A stretch of 62,522 nucleotides of DNA, filler included, from Actinomycetota bacterium (GCA_009886115.1; 4 parts of 4 records of this genome joined end to end with filler, not necessarily neighbours in it); one strand, 5' to 3'. Counted from the first letter of the whole stretch, positions 39,768 to 49,864 are shown. Numbers and translations are program-made. Notes: generated by a model from the sequence alone, not told the origin.

Positions 39768-40571
39768 CTACCGGCGCTGGAACCTCGGGACCCGCTTCTC
39801 GGCGAAGGCCAGGGGACCCTCCTTGGCGTCGTCGGTGCGGAAGATCGCCGATCCGTAGTCCTGCTCGTAGGCGAAGGCCTCGGGCTCGGTCATGCCCTGG
39901 GTCTCGTGCAGCGTCTTGAGGATGGCCTCCACGGCCAGGGGCCCGTTGCCGGCGATGACCTCGGCGATCTCGCGGGCCTTGGCCAGCGCCTGACCGTCGG
40001 GCACGACGTGACCGATCAGCCCCAGCGACTTGGCCTCGGCCGCGGTGATGTGCTTGCCGGTGAGGAGGATGTCGGCCGCCTCGGTGTAGGGGATCTGGCG
40101 GGCCAGGCGCACCGCCGAGCCGCCCATCGGGTACAGCGACCAGCGGGCTTCCGAGACGCCGAAGCGAGCCGACTCGCCGGCCACCCTGATGTCGGTGCCC
40201 TGGAGGATCTCGGTGCCGCCGGCGATGGCGACCCCCTCGACGGCGGCGATCACCGGCTTGGTGGGCCGGTAGCTCTTGAGCAGTCCCTTGTAGATGAGGT
40301 CGGGGTCGGCGGCCAGTCGGGCCGGCACGTCGACCCCGCTCGACTCGCCGGCATCGCCCGCCATCGCCCGGAGATCGGCGCCCGACGAGAAGTTCCCGCC
40401 GGCCCCGGTGAGGATGATCGCCCTGACCGAGTCGTCGCGGCTGGCCTCCATCCAGGCGTCGGCCATGATGATGTACATGGCCAGCGTCTGGGCGTTCTTG
40501 CGCTCGGGACGGTTCAGCGTGACGGTCATCACGTGCCCGTCACGTTCGACGATGCAATCAGGCATCGGCAT
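39768..40571 (-). CDS. crotonase/enoyl-CoA hydratase
   Basis: [44 protein letters not shown]. Confidence 0.93.
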   Translation of the reverse strand: MPMPDCIVERDGHVMTVTLNRPERKNAQTLAMYIIMADAWMEASRDDSVRAIILTGAGGNFSSGADLRAMAGDAGESSGVDVPARLAADPDLIYKGLLKSYRPTKPVIAAVEGVAIAGGTEILQGTDIRVAGESARFGVSEARWSLYPMGGSAVRLARQIPYTEAADILLTGKHITAAEAKSLGLIGHVVPDGQALAKAREIAEVIAGNGPLAVEAILKTLHETQGMTEPEAFAYEQDYGSAIFRTDDAKEGPLAFAEKRVPRFQRR

Positions 40572-41760
40572 CGGAGGGCTCCTGGGTCGCGTCCGGCTGG
40601 TGGTACTCGGTGATGGCGTTGCCGATGGCTTCCTGCATGGCGCCGATGAACCGGGTGCTGTTCGACCCGGCCCAGGCCAGGCTGGCCTGGCGGTTCACGT
40701 TGGCTCCGCTGTAGTAGGGCATCACGTGACGGGCGAAGAGCTCGTAGCTGCGCCGGGTCGCCTCGGGGGTGGCTGCGGTGTGGGTGAGGAACAAGAGCGT
40801 GCCGAAGCCGCCGCTCTCGTCGACGAGACGGTCGATGGTGGCGATGATGTCGTCGGGCGTGCCGATCGTGGCCACGCCCAGCACGTGGAAGCCGTCGCCT
40901 CGCCACTGGTCGATCGCCGCCTGGGCCGACGACGCCCACGGCGGCATGCCCCTGCCGCCGAGGCCGCCCATGTAACGGGCCAGGTCGAGGATCCCGTGCG
41001 CCGCCTCGGCATCGGCCTGCTCGCGCGTCTCGGCGATGTGCATGGGGACGACCACCCGCCAGTCGGCCCGATCGGGCACGTGACCATGCTCGATCGCGGC
41101 CTTCTCGTAGATGGCCCAGTTGGCGGCCAGGGTGGCGAAACCCTGGGCGGTGCTCGCCGCGACCGACAGGAGTCCGGCGCCATGCCGGCCCGCAGCGACC
41201 GAACCCGTCGGTGAGAACGTCGACGCCACGGCCACGTCTATTCCGCGCCGCGGGTCATAGGGCAGAAGCTGGCAGCGGGCTTCGTCGAGCACGAACCAGT
41301 CGGTCTTGGCACTCACCACCTCGCCCCGCATCAGCGGGACGATCGCATCGAGGGCCTCGTGCATCATGCGCCGCTGGTCCCGGGGGTCGATGCCCATCAT
41401 GAAGGCGTCGGCGGGGAGCTGGCCGGGGCCGACGCCGAGCATCATCCGGCCCTGGGTCTGGTGGTCGAGCTGGATGATGCGATCGGCCAGCAGCAGCGGA
41501 TGGTGGTACGGCAGCGAGCTGACGCCCGTCCCGAAGCGGATGCGGCTCGTGTGCTCGGCCGCGGCAGCGATGAACACCTCGGGCGAGGCGATGATCTCGA
41601 AGGCCCCACTGTGGTGCTCGCCGATCCAGGCCTCGTCGTAGCCCAGCCGGTCGAGGTGCGCGATCAGCTCGATGTCCTGACGCAGCTGCAATGACGGATG
41701 CTGGCGATCGGAATGGAAGGGCGCGATGAACACGCCGAACTGCTGGGGACCTCTGGTCAT
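40558..41760 (-). CDS. LLM-class flavin monooxygenase (LimB-like)
   Basis: [41 protein letters not shown]. Confidence 0.9.
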   Translation of the reverse strand: MTRGPQQFGVFIAPFHSDRQHPSLQLRQDIELIAHLDRLGYDEAWIGEHHSGAFEIIASPEVFIAAAAEHTSRIRFGTGVSSLPYHHPLLLADRIIQLDHQTQGRMMLGVGPGQLPADAFMMGIDPRDQRRMMHEALDAIVPLMRGEVVSAKTDWFVLDEARCQLLPYDPRRGIDVAVASTFSPTGSVAAGRHGAGLLSVAASTAQGFATLAANWAIYEKAAIEHGHVPDRADWRVVVPMHIAETREQADAEAAHGILDLARYMGGLGGRGMPPWASSAQAAIDQWRGDGFHVLGVATIGTPDDIIATIDRLVDESGGFGTLLFLTHTAATPEATRRSYELFARHVMPYYSGANVNRQASLAWAGSNSTRFIGAMQEAIGNAITEYHQPDATQEPSDADA

Positions 41761-41872
41761 CGGGCTTCCTCGAGGTGCCGGTCGCTCACTGGTCGGGTGC
41801 GGTGTCGGACAGTGCATCTGAGTCGGTGCGACCGGGCTCTCGCAAGGCGGGCGGCGGGGGCCCGGCCCCTCC

Positions 41873-42132
41873 TCAGCCGGCGGGGCTCGGCGTCAGGCGC
41901 CGCCGCAGGCTCCTGCGGTCACCGCTTCGGAGGAGGACCAGGGCGCAGAGCACCAAGCACAGAGCTCCCAGGGCGATGGGGTGCTGCGCCGCCGAGCCCT
42001 CGTCGCCGGGCTTGGGCTCGGGCTCGGTCGGCGACTCGGTCCTCGTGACACCGTCCACGGCGACCAGGTAGGTGCCCGAGCTCAGGCCCGGGACGGTGAG
42101 CTCCCCAGACGAGCTCCGACGTTGTCGGGTGG
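41873..42132 (-). pseudogene. orphan 3' end of a membrane-anchored protein
   Basis: GELTVPGLSSGTYLVAVDG...PEPKP...TM helix..RRR; the frame is closed upstream by a stop near 42133 with no signal peptide. Confidence 0.45.
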
Positions 42133-42261
42133 ATCATCCCGAGACGGACCGGCACTCCGCCAACTCAAGAACCAGCCCCCGAAATCACCCCAATGCGCCC
42201 CGCTATCGAAGTACCTCGCGAGGTTCAGTCCAGTTTCAGCGACCGTCGTGCTCATAACGAA

Positions 42262-42945
42262 CTAAGAGCTTGACGAGCGTCCGACGAAGCGCCACGGGCT
42301 GGCCTGGCGAGGAGTCTTGTACTGCTTGATGGACTGTTCGATCCGCGATCTGACGGACGGTTCGATCGAGATGAACCGACAGCGGACCAGATAGGTGGTT
42401 TCACCACCAAACATGGGGGGCTCGATTCCTGCCACCACCGCATCTGCGAAGGCCGACCCATCAGGGAGACCGATCCTCAGCACGAGGGCATCGCCGATGC
42501 TCAGGGAACGGTCAGCTCGAAATGACAAACCCCCGAGGCCGATATCCGTGGTCCTCGTCTCGATGCCCAGACGATCGGTGCCTGTTCCGGCCACGACGTT
42601 CAAGAGATACGCGACTTGAAGGCGACGGTTGTTGCGCTGTTCGATCCGGTCGACGATTCGCGGCAGGGTGCACACCACGAGACCATCGCCATCGAGTTCA
42701 ACCGTCTGCTCGATCAGGGTTCGGAAGGAGTCGACGCCCAGGTCCGACTCCCGAGTGACGACGACATTGCGCTCGCGGCGGGTTCGCAGTAGGCGGTCGC
42801 TCGCGCCGATTCGTACGCCAAACGCCGACTCGTTGACCACGGAGACGACGCCTCGGGATCTGATCGAACGCCAGAGATTCGGGCTGTAGCACAAGACGAC
42901 GGCATCGCCGACGGCCAGCGGAGCGTCGACATAGTCGATCATCAT
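42262..42945 (-). CDS. PilZ domain protein (YcgR/flagellar-brake-like architecture)
   Basis: N-terminal beta domain then EQRNNRR (RxxxR) and TTDIGLGG (variant of D/NxSxxG). Confidence 0.8.
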   Translation of the reverse strand: MMIDYVDAPLAVGDAVVLCYSPNLWRSIRSRGVVSVVNESAFGVRIGASDRLLRTRRERNVVVTRESDLGVDSFRTLIEQTVELDGDGLVVCTLPRIVDRIEQRNNRRLQVAYLLNVVAGTGTDRLGIETRTTDIGLGGLSFRADRSLSIGDALVLRIGLPDGSAFADAVVAGIEPPMFGGETTYLVRCRFISIEPSVRSRIEQSIKQYKTPRQASPWRFVGRSSSS

Positions 42946-42999
42946 GAGTGGGGTCCGCTCAGAATGTGCGCACTCCGCGCACCGGGTCCAATGTCCCAA

Positions 43000-43028
43000 G
43001 TATCGGTGGCCCTGAGACCAACCTTGAC
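43000..43028 (-). promoter_or_regulatory. sigma28/FliA-type promoter of pilZ
   Basis: Minus strand GTCA-N17-ACCGATAC. Confidence 0.65.
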
Positions 43029-43107
43029 AGACTGGCCCAGAATCGCCGCGTACGTGTGCTGCTGCTGCCGCTGTGTCGTTGTTAGCTCCTCATGGCCCGT
43101 ATAGGGA

Positions 43108-44331
43108 TCAGCGGAGATGGTTGCCGGTCCGAACCGACTCCCCGCGCAGCCGACGGACGGGTCCGTCGAGCAGTCGCTTGACCTCGGTCGCCAACGCTCG
43201 TCGGTGCTGCTCCTCGCAGGCGGCGGGGTCGTTGACCCGCGCCGTGACCCGCTCGACGAACTCGGGGATCTGACGGTACAGGTCGCTGATGATGGCTTCG
43301 ATCCCAGCGGAGGCCGAGGTCTGGGCCCATTCCCGAGTCGCATCGTCGACGAGTTGCTCCAACTGCCGGCGGTGGTCTTCCACCCGGCCGAGCGCGGACT
43401 CCACACCCGCGCCGATCCCGATCAGGTCCACGAGCTCGACGCCGGGCAGGCGGCCGGCGTCCGGATCGATGTTCCTCGGTAGACCAAGGTCGACCAGGAG
43501 CAAGGAGCCCACCTCACGCGGACCTGTCGCCTCGACGAGCTCGCGGGTGACCACCATGTGCGGTGCGGACGTGGCAGCGACGACCGTGTCGACGCGGCCC
43601 ATGAGGCCCGCGAGCTCGTCCCACTCGTGCGGCTCGGCGCACCACCGGCGGGCCACCGATTCGGTCGCCTGGTAACGGCGGCCGACGATCGAGACGTGAA
43701 CACCCGGCCGGCGCAGGGTCGCGGCCACGACACGCTTTGCCATCGCGCCGGTCCCGATCACGAGAACAGATCCGGAACCAGTCCCGGCGCTCGACCAACG
43801 GTCGAGCACCATGCGAGCCGCAGCATCGCCGGCGCTGGTGGCGATCTTGTCGAGGCCAAACTGACGACGTGCGTCACGTCCCAGCCGGATGGCGCGGGTG
43901 AACACATCGTTGATGCCGACCCTGGCGGTGCCGGCGCTCGCAGCGCTGGTCAGGGCCAAGCCGAGCTGCGACACGATCTGCGCGTCTCCGAAGACCGACG
44001 ACTCGAGCCCACATGACACCCGAAAGATGTGGCGGGCTGCCTCGCCGTCTCGGGCCTCGAAGGTCCACCCGGCATCGGAGGGATCGGTGACGACTCCATC
44101 GGCCAACACGTCGCGAAACGCCTCGACGGGGTCATCCTCGCTGGCGAGGTACCACTCGGTGCGGTTGCACGTGGACAGCAGCGCCACCTCGAGATCGGCC
44201 CGGCGGCTGCGCACGTGGCCCAGGGTCGCCATCGAACCGAACCCGCTCGTCGCCAGTTGCTCGAGGTGCGCGAGCGATGCGGTCCTCACGTTCGCACCCA
44301 CAACCGCGAGGTGCAGCTGTCGATTCTTCAC
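43108..44331 (-). CDS. hemA: glutamyl-tRNA reductase (divergent, stand-alone)
   Basis: LSTCNRTEWY, HIFRVSCGLES, GTGAMA, VAATSAPH, DLGLPRNIDP. Confidence 0.88.
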   Translation of the reverse strand: MKNRQLHLAVVGANVRTASLAHLEQLATSGFGSMATLGHVRSRRADLEVALLSTCNRTEWYLASEDDPVEAFRDVLADGVVTDPSDAGWTFEARDGEAARHIFRVSCGLESSVFGDAQIVSQLGLALTSAASAGTARVGINDVFTRAIRLGRDARRQFGLDKIATSAGDAAARMVLDRWSSAGTGSGSVLVIGTGAMAKRVVAATLRRPGVHVSIVGRRYQATESVARRWCAEPHEWDELAGLMGRVDTVVAATSAPHMVVTRELVEATGPREVGSLLLVDLGLPRNIDPDAGRLPGVELVDLIGIGAGVESALGRVEDHRRQLEQLVDDATREWAQTSASAGIEAIISDLYRQIPEFVERVTARVNDPAACEEQHRRALATEVKRLLDGPVRRLRGESVRTGNHLR

Positions 44332-44337
44332 CGGCGA

Positions 44338-46695
44338 TCAGGACCCGATGGACGCTTTGTCGCGTGAGAGGTTGGCGAGGAGCGACGGCGCCAGAGCCGA
44401 CAGCACTGCTGTGAGGTCGAGGATCTCGGTGACCCGCCCCTGGACCACGGCCGAACCGGTGATCCCGGCAGTGTTCGACACCTGCTGGACGACGATGCGT
44501 TCTTCGATGACATCGATGATGCGGTCCACCGCCACGCCGATCGTATGGCCGTCGATCGACAGGACCACCACGGCGGCGGTCTCGGACTCGCTGGTGGCGG
44601 CGTTCGGGAACAGGTCGGCGAGCCAGACGATCGGCATGATCGTTTCGCGGTACTGCACGACCTTCTGATTGCCGCTCTGCTCCATGGACGAGAGCGGGAT
44701 CTCCTCGAGGCGGTTCACGCTCGACAACGGCATCGCGGCGATGCGCTCCGACTCGCCCGTTCCGGTGCCGACGAGGAGCAGCCGCTGGCCGCGGTTCGCC
44801 TCGGACTCCTGGCGCACCGCCCCCGAGCCGTTCTTGGGTTCACGACTGGTGCCGAGGCCGGCGTTACCGGCAACCCCGAGCACGTCGAGGATCAGCCCCA
44901 CCCGGCCGTCGCCCATGATGGTTGCTCCGGCGAAGCTCGAGATGTGCTTGAGCAGCTTGCCGAGTGGCTTGACCACGATCTCCTCGGTGTCGAGGATATC
45001 GTCGACCACGAGACCGAAGGCCCGGTTGTCAGCCTGGAGAATGACGATGTTCAATGCGCCGTCGTGGTGCGAGACGGCCGTGTCGGACACGTCGCCCTGC
45101 CCCGCCGCGACCTCGTCCGCGGGAGCGACCTGCAGCTCCTGTTGGAGGTAGAGGAGCGGGAGGAGCTCGCCCCGCAAGCGGTAGACGAGCGCGCCGTGGA
45201 TCTCACTGATGCTGGCAGCCGCATGGCCCTCCTCGATACGCACCAGCTCGAGCAGGTTCACCTGGGGGATGGCGTAGGAGTCACCTGCCGTCTTCACCAT
45301 CAGAGCCGGGATGATGGCCAACGTGAGCGGGATCTTGATCCGGAAGGTCGTGCCCTGGCCGAGCGTCGTGTTGATGTCGATCGACCCGCCGATCTTCTCG
45401 ATGTTCGTCCGGACGACGTCCATGCCCACGCCTCGTCCGGAGAGGTTCGAGACCGTCTCAGCGGTCGAGAACCCGGGAAGGAAGATCAGGTCGAGGATCT
45501 CGCGGTCGCTCATCCGAGTGACCTGATCCGGGGTCACGGTGCCGCGGCTCAGCGCCTTCTCCCTGATCCGGGCGACGTCGATACCGCCGCCGTCGTCGCT
45601 GATCTCGATGTTGACCTGACCACCTTCGTGGTACGCACGGAGGTGGAGCCGGCCCTCCGCGGGCTTGCCGCAGGCCTCCCTCACCTCGGGCAGCTCGACT
45701 CCGTGATCGACGGCATTGCGCACCAGATGGGTGAGCGGGTCCTTGACGGCCTCGATGATCGTCTTGTCGAGCTCGGTCTCGGCGCCTTCCATCTCGACGC
45801 GCACGTGCTTGTGGCAGGTACCGGCGAGGTCGCGCACGATCCGGGGGAACTTGTTCCAGATGTTGCCGATCGGCTGCATCCGGGTCTTCATCACGCCTTC
45901 CTGGAGCTCGGTCGTGATGTGGTTGAGTCGCTGCGACGTCCCCAGGAACGAGGCCTCGGCGACGACCGCCGAGACCTGGAGGATCTGGTTGCGGGCCAGC
46001 ACCAGCTCGCCAACGAGGTTCATCAGCTTGTCGAGCAACCCGACGTCGACCCGGATGGTCGTGTCGGCGGCGCTACCAGCGCCGCTGGTCGGGGCTCCGG
46101 ATGCAACGGATGCGACGGCCGCCTCGTCGCCGCCGGCGGCGGTCGGAGCCGGGCCCGCCGGACCCACCCCGGCGGCCTCGTGGGTGTCGCCGGTCGGCAC
46201 CGGGGCCCCCCCCTCGTCACCGTCACGGACATCGTCAGAGGCAGCGTTGCCACCGGTGTCGCCGGTCGGTGCCGAGCCTGCGGGGTCGGCATGCGTTGCA
46301 CCGTCGCCTTCGCCGGCGAGGCGAGCGAGCCCGGCGATCATCTCGGCGTGGTCGTCGGTGCCGTCGTTCCCAACGGTCTCGAGGTGGCCGAGCATCACGC
46401 GCACCGCGTCGACCATGGCGAGGAGCGCGGACGTGATCTCCTCGGTGAGCTCGAGCTTCTTGTCCCGCAGGCGTGAGAGGAGATTCTCTCCCACGTGCGT
46501 CAGCGCCTCGAGGCGGTTGAGGCCGAGAAACCCCGAGCTCCCCTTGAGCGTGTGCACGGTGCGGAAGATCGAGGCGATGATCTCCTCGTTGGGTTCGGTT
46601 TCCAGGACGATGAACTGCCGGTCCAGGTTGTCGAGATTCTCGTAGCTCTCGACGAGGAACTCCTGAACCAGCTCATCGACTACCAAGTCGCTCAT
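44338..46695 (-). CDS. cheA: chemotaxis histidine kinase CheA with two CheW-like domains
   Basis: FRTVHTLKG (Hpt His), IRVDVGLLDKLMNLVGELVL, HLVRNAVDHG, DDGGG, FLPGFST, GRGVGMDVV, two CheW folds. Confidence 0.96.
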   Translation of the reverse strand: MSDLVVDELVQEFLVESYENLDNLDRQFIVLETEPNEEIIASIFRTVHTLKGSSGFLGLNRLEALTHVGENLLSRLRDKKLELTEEITSALLAMVDAVRVMLGHLETVGNDGTDDHAEMIAGLARLAGEGDGATHADPAGSAPTGDTGGNAASDDVRDGDEGGAPVPTGDTHEAAGVGPAGPAPTAAGGDEAAVASVASGAPTSGAGSAADTTIRVDVGLLDKLMNLVGELVLARNQILQVSAVVAEASFLGTSQRLNHITTELQEGVMKTRMQPIGNIWNKFPRIVRDLAGTCHKHVRVEMEGAETELDKTIIEAVKDPLTHLVRNAVDHGVELPEVREACGKPAEGRLHLRAYHEGGQVNIEISDDGGGIDVARIREKALSRGTVTPDQVTRMSDREILDLIFLPGFSTAETVSNLSGRGVGMDVVRTNIEKIGGSIDINTTLGQGTTFRIKIPLTLAIIPALMVKTAGDSYAIPQVNLLELVRIEEGHAAASISEIHGALVYRLRGELLPLLYLQQELQVAPADEVAAGQGDVSDTAVSHHDGALNIVILQADNRAFGLVVDDILDTEEIVVKPLGKLLKHISSFAGATIMGDGRVGLILDVLGVAGNAGLGTSREPKNGSGAVRQESEANRGQRLLLVGTGTGESERIAAMPLSSVNRLEEIPLSSMEQSGNQKVVQYRETIMPIVWLADLFPNAATSESETAAVVVLSIDGHTIGVAVDRIIDVIEERIVVQQVSNTAGITGSAVVQGRVTEILDLTAVLSALAPSLLANLSRDKASIGS

Positions 46696-46794
46696 CACAT
46701 CCCCGCTCGACGGAAGTTGTTGTGGTTCCGCTACCCGTGGAGCCGCAGGCACCTGAGCAGGTGACCGCGACTCCACGGGTCCGGCACGGCGAGA

Positions 46795-49053
46795 TCAGCT
46801 CTTCGAGGTGGACAGAGCCAGGAGCTGGGCGGCCAGCCGGGAGAGCTCCACGCTGGCACCTTGCACCTCGGAGGCACCCTGCGTCGTCTGGTTCGCGCTC
46901 TCGGCGACCCCTCCGATGTTCTCGGTGATGCTGGCGACGCCAGTCGCGGCCTCCTGGACCGAGCGACTCATCTCGGCCGTCGTGGCCGACTGCTCCTCCA
47001 CCGCCGTTGCGATGGTGGCGGAGATGTCGTTGATCTCGCCGATCACCTGCGAGATCGTCCCGATGGCCGATACGGCGTGCTGCGTGTCGACCTGGATGGC
47101 CTCGATCTTCTGGCCGATGTCCTCGGTCGCCCTGGCGGTTTCCTTGGCCAGCTCCTTGACCTCGTTGGCGACCACGGCGAATCCCTTGCCGGCCTCGCCG
47201 GCCCGAGCGGCCTCGATCGTGGCGTTGAGGGCGAGGAGGTTGGTCTGCTGGGCGATCAGGGTGATCACCTTGATGACCTTGCCGATCTCCACGCTGCTCT
47301 CGCCGAGCTTGCCGATCATCTCGTTCGCCTCGCTGGCCGTGACCACCGCCGAGCCCGTCACCTGGGCCGCCCGTGAGGCGTTGTTGGCGATCTCACCGAT
47401 GCTCGCGGTCATCTCCTCGGCCGCGCTCGCCACGGTCTGGACGTTCTCGGTCACCTGATCCGACGATGCCGACACGACCGTCGCCTGGGTTGCGGTCTCC
47501 TCGGCGCCAGCGCTGAGCGTGGTGGCGGTGGCTGTGAGCTCCTCGGCGGCACCGGCGAGACTCTGCGCGATCTCGGCCGTCTCGGCCGCGATCCGGGTCA
47601 TCTCCTCGGTGCGGATACGGTCGGCCTCGGCGGCCTGCAGACGACCGATCGCCTCCCCGAGGCCCCGACCTACTCCCCGGAGCGTGTCGAAGCGCCCCTC
47701 CGACGGGTCGAGGATCTCGGTGGCGAACCAGTCCAACGTCCCCGCCACGGCGCCGCCCACCATGATCGGGACGCACACACCCGACTTCACACCCACTCGC
47801 TTGGCGATCGGGGCCCGGCAACAATCGGTCATGTCGCCGATGTCCTTGGCGAAGAACAGGTCGCGGGTCCTCCACGCCCGGCCCGACAGCCCCACACCCT
47901 CGGCGAACGACGCCTCCTGTGTCACCCGACGGAACTCCTCACCGGCATCACCCGACTCGGCCGCGAAGCGCAGCACGTTGGCCGTCGGGTCGATCGCCCA
48001 GTACGAGCTGTACACCCACCCGAACTCGTTGCGGACCGCATCGAGCGCGTCCTGCACAGCCTGCTCGGCCGACTCGGCAGCCGCCAGCGCCCCGCTGACC
48101 TTGAACGACGCTGCCAAGTTCTCCGCCATGTCCTTCATCTGCGCTTCAGCCTGATCCTTGGCACGAAGCTGCTCGGTGACCACCGACCACGAGGCCATCG
48201 CGCCGATGTAGTCGCCTGAGGTGTCGAGGATCGGCGAGACCAGCAGGTCGAGCGTCTCCGGCCCGACCTGGATGTTCGCCTGGCGGGGAAGGTGCGCCTT
48301 CGGGTCAGCGAGGAGCCCCCGCTGATAGCTCGGGTCCTTGTGGAAGATGTCGATCGACTGGCCGATCAGGTCGTCGACCTTGACCGGCAGGAAGGCCTCC
48401 AGCGTCTTCAACGTCTTCACCGATGCAGGGTTCATGTACCGCAGGATGAGATCCTTGTCGGCGAACATGACGTTGATCGGCGCGTTCTCGAGCAGCTGAT
48501 GCGCAAAGTCGACGTCCTGTGAGTTCTCGAGTACCGCGCTTGCACCGTTGAGGGCCATGGACTGCTCCGTTTCCGCGGCCCGATCGCCGCTGCTTGTCGT
48601 GCTCGCCGTGTTCGCTTCATTGCTCGGGGTGGGGTTGCCGTCGTGCGAGACGATGTCGGCCGACAGCGGCGCCACGACGCTGACGACCTCGTCGATGAGA
48701 TCGGTCGAGACGCCGAGCGACACCAGGACCTCGACGAGATGCCCGGCGACCCGGTCGAAGTCCTGCTGGTGGATCGCCAGGTGGGCGTGGGCCGCGGACA
48801 TGCTGGGACCCTTGTAGATCGCCGGCCCGCCCAACGCCGTCGAGAGGAACTGGACCTGCCGGTTCTTCAGGCGGGTCACGTTCACATCATCGAAGAACCC
48901 GACCAGCTCCGGGTCGCCGAGCAGGCGCTCGTAGAGCGCATCGACCGCGGCAACGATCGAGTTCTTGCCGCCGAGACGCTCATACAGGCTCGGGGGCCCG
49001 GTCTCGGGAGCGGGGGGGGCTTTCGCCACGACAGCGGAGCGATGCTCGGCCAT
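46795..49053 (-). CDS. soluble MCP: truncated globin (group I) - Aer2-like PAS - GAF - signalling domain
   Basis: [75 protein letters not shown]; no TM helix. Confidence 0.93.
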   Translation of the reverse strand: MAEHRSAVVAKAPPAPETGPPSLYERLGGKNSIVAAVDALYERLLGDPELVGFFDDVNVTRLKNRQVQFLSTALGGPAIYKGPSMSAAHAHLAIHQQDFDRVAGHLVEVLVSLGVSTDLIDEVVSVVAPLSADIVSHDGNPTPSNEANTASTTSSGDRAAETEQSMALNGASAVLENSQDVDFAHQLLENAPINVMFADKDLILRYMNPASVKTLKTLEAFLPVKVDDLIGQSIDIFHKDPSYQRGLLADPKAHLPRQANIQVGPETLDLLVSPILDTSGDYIGAMASWSVVTEQLRAKDQAEAQMKDMAENLAASFKVSGALAAAESAEQAVQDALDAVRNEFGWVYSSYWAIDPTANVLRFAAESGDAGEEFRRVTQEASFAEGVGLSGRAWRTRDLFFAKDIGDMTDCCRAPIAKRVGVKSGVCVPIMVGGAVAGTLDWFATEILDPSEGRFDTLRGVGRGLGEAIGRLQAAEADRIRTEEMTRIAAETAEIAQSLAGAAEELTATATTLSAGAEETATQATVVSASSDQVTENVQTVASAAEEMTASIGEIANNASRAAQVTGSAVVTASEANEMIGKLGESSVEIGKVIKVITLIAQQTNLLALNATIEAARAGEAGKGFAVVANEVKELAKETARATEDIGQKIEAIQVDTQHAVSAIGTISQVIGEINDISATIATAVEEQSATTAEMSRSVQEAATGVASITENIGGVAESANQTTQGASEVQGASVELSRLAAQLLALSTSKS

Positions 49054-49119
49054 GCAACACCACCTCTGGTCAGTAGTTCGGACAGTTGGACGGGGGGTCC
49101 AAGAGGGATATCTCGTCGG

Positions 49120-49147
49120 TTATCGGACGATCGCCGCGAACCTTGAG
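49120..49147 (-). promoter_or_regulatory. sigma28/FliA-type promoter of the MCP-cheA-hemA unit
   Basis: Minus strand CTCA-N16-TCCGATAA. Confidence 0.75.
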
Positions 49148-49174
49148 AGCATTGTGCGAAAAGAGGTCATTCAT

Positions 49175-49224
49175 GATCCGCGAAAGAGGACGATCCGCGA
49201 AACAGGACGATCCGCGAAAGAGGA
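49175..49224 (+). repeat. 17-bp tandem repeat x3
   Basis: gatccgcgaaa(g/c)aggac, contiguous copies. Confidence 0.9.
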
Positions 49225-49330
49225 ACTGCGGGAGCTGCGGGTCGAGGGCGTGCTCGGTGCCGTGCGTCGTTCCACCAAGGGAACTGAACCGGGGGATCCG
49301 TGGGGTTCAGTGCCGATCACCGTTGCTCGG

Positions 49331-49771
49331 CTAGTCGGCGCGGCTTACCTCGGCGGCCTTGTCGGCGTCGAGGATCAGAAGCAGCCGGTCCTCGAGCTTG
49401 TAGATGCCCTCGATCAATTCACCGGGAACACCCCGGATGGTGTCGAGCCGTCGCTCGAAGATCTCGTCACCGACCTCGACGACGTCGCCGATCTCATCGA
49501 CCAGAAAGCTCACGGGCCCGTCGTCGGTACGTACGACGACGTTCATCGGTAACTGGTCGTCTGGGCGCTCGGACAGTTCGAGTCGGCGACGGAGATCCAG
49601 CGCTGTGACGATCTGGCCGCGCAGGTTGATGAGGCCCTCCACCACTGCCGGGGCCAGCGGGACGTGCGTCATCTGCTGATAGCGGATGACCTCCTGGACC
49701 CGAAGCACGTCGACTCCGAAGTAGTGCTCATCCAAGAGAAACGTGCAGTATTGGCGTGCCCGCTCGGCCAT
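49331..49771 (-). CDS. cheW: chemotaxis coupling protein CheW
   Basis: QYCTFLL..FGVDVLRVQEV..GLINLRGQIV..LVDEIGDV. Confidence 0.96.
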   Translation of the reverse strand: MAERARQYCTFLLDEHYFGVDVLRVQEVIRYQQMTHVPLAPAVVEGLINLRGQIVTALDLRRRLELSERPDDQLPMNVVVRTDDGPVSFLVDEIGDVVEVGDEIFERRLDTIRGVPGELIEGIYKLEDRLLLILDADKAAEVSRAD

Positions 49772-49835
49772 GGTCGGTTCCCCTGAGCCCAGGATCGGCA
49801 ACCCCGATCCGATCCGTGATTTGCGATTCGTGATG

Positions 49836-49864
49836 ACATCGGGCAGTTGGGCTCTCGACTTGAG
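49836..49864 (-). promoter_or_regulatory. sigma28/FliA-type promoter of cheW
   Basis: Minus strand CTCA-N17-CCCGATGT. Confidence 0.65.

Noticed and set aside
36794..44331. Functional link between the tRNA-Glu fragment and HemA, or the che module as cargo of that island
   Set aside because: They are on different contigs separated by an artificial linker, and the tRNA is incomplete
47640..48075. MCP GAF domain as a bilin photoreceptor
   Set aside because: It has Cys residues (DCCR, GVC), but I see no phytochrome DIP or CBCR CH motif
49175..49224. CRISPR array
   Set aside because: The 17-bp units are contiguous with no spacers, and there are no cas genes
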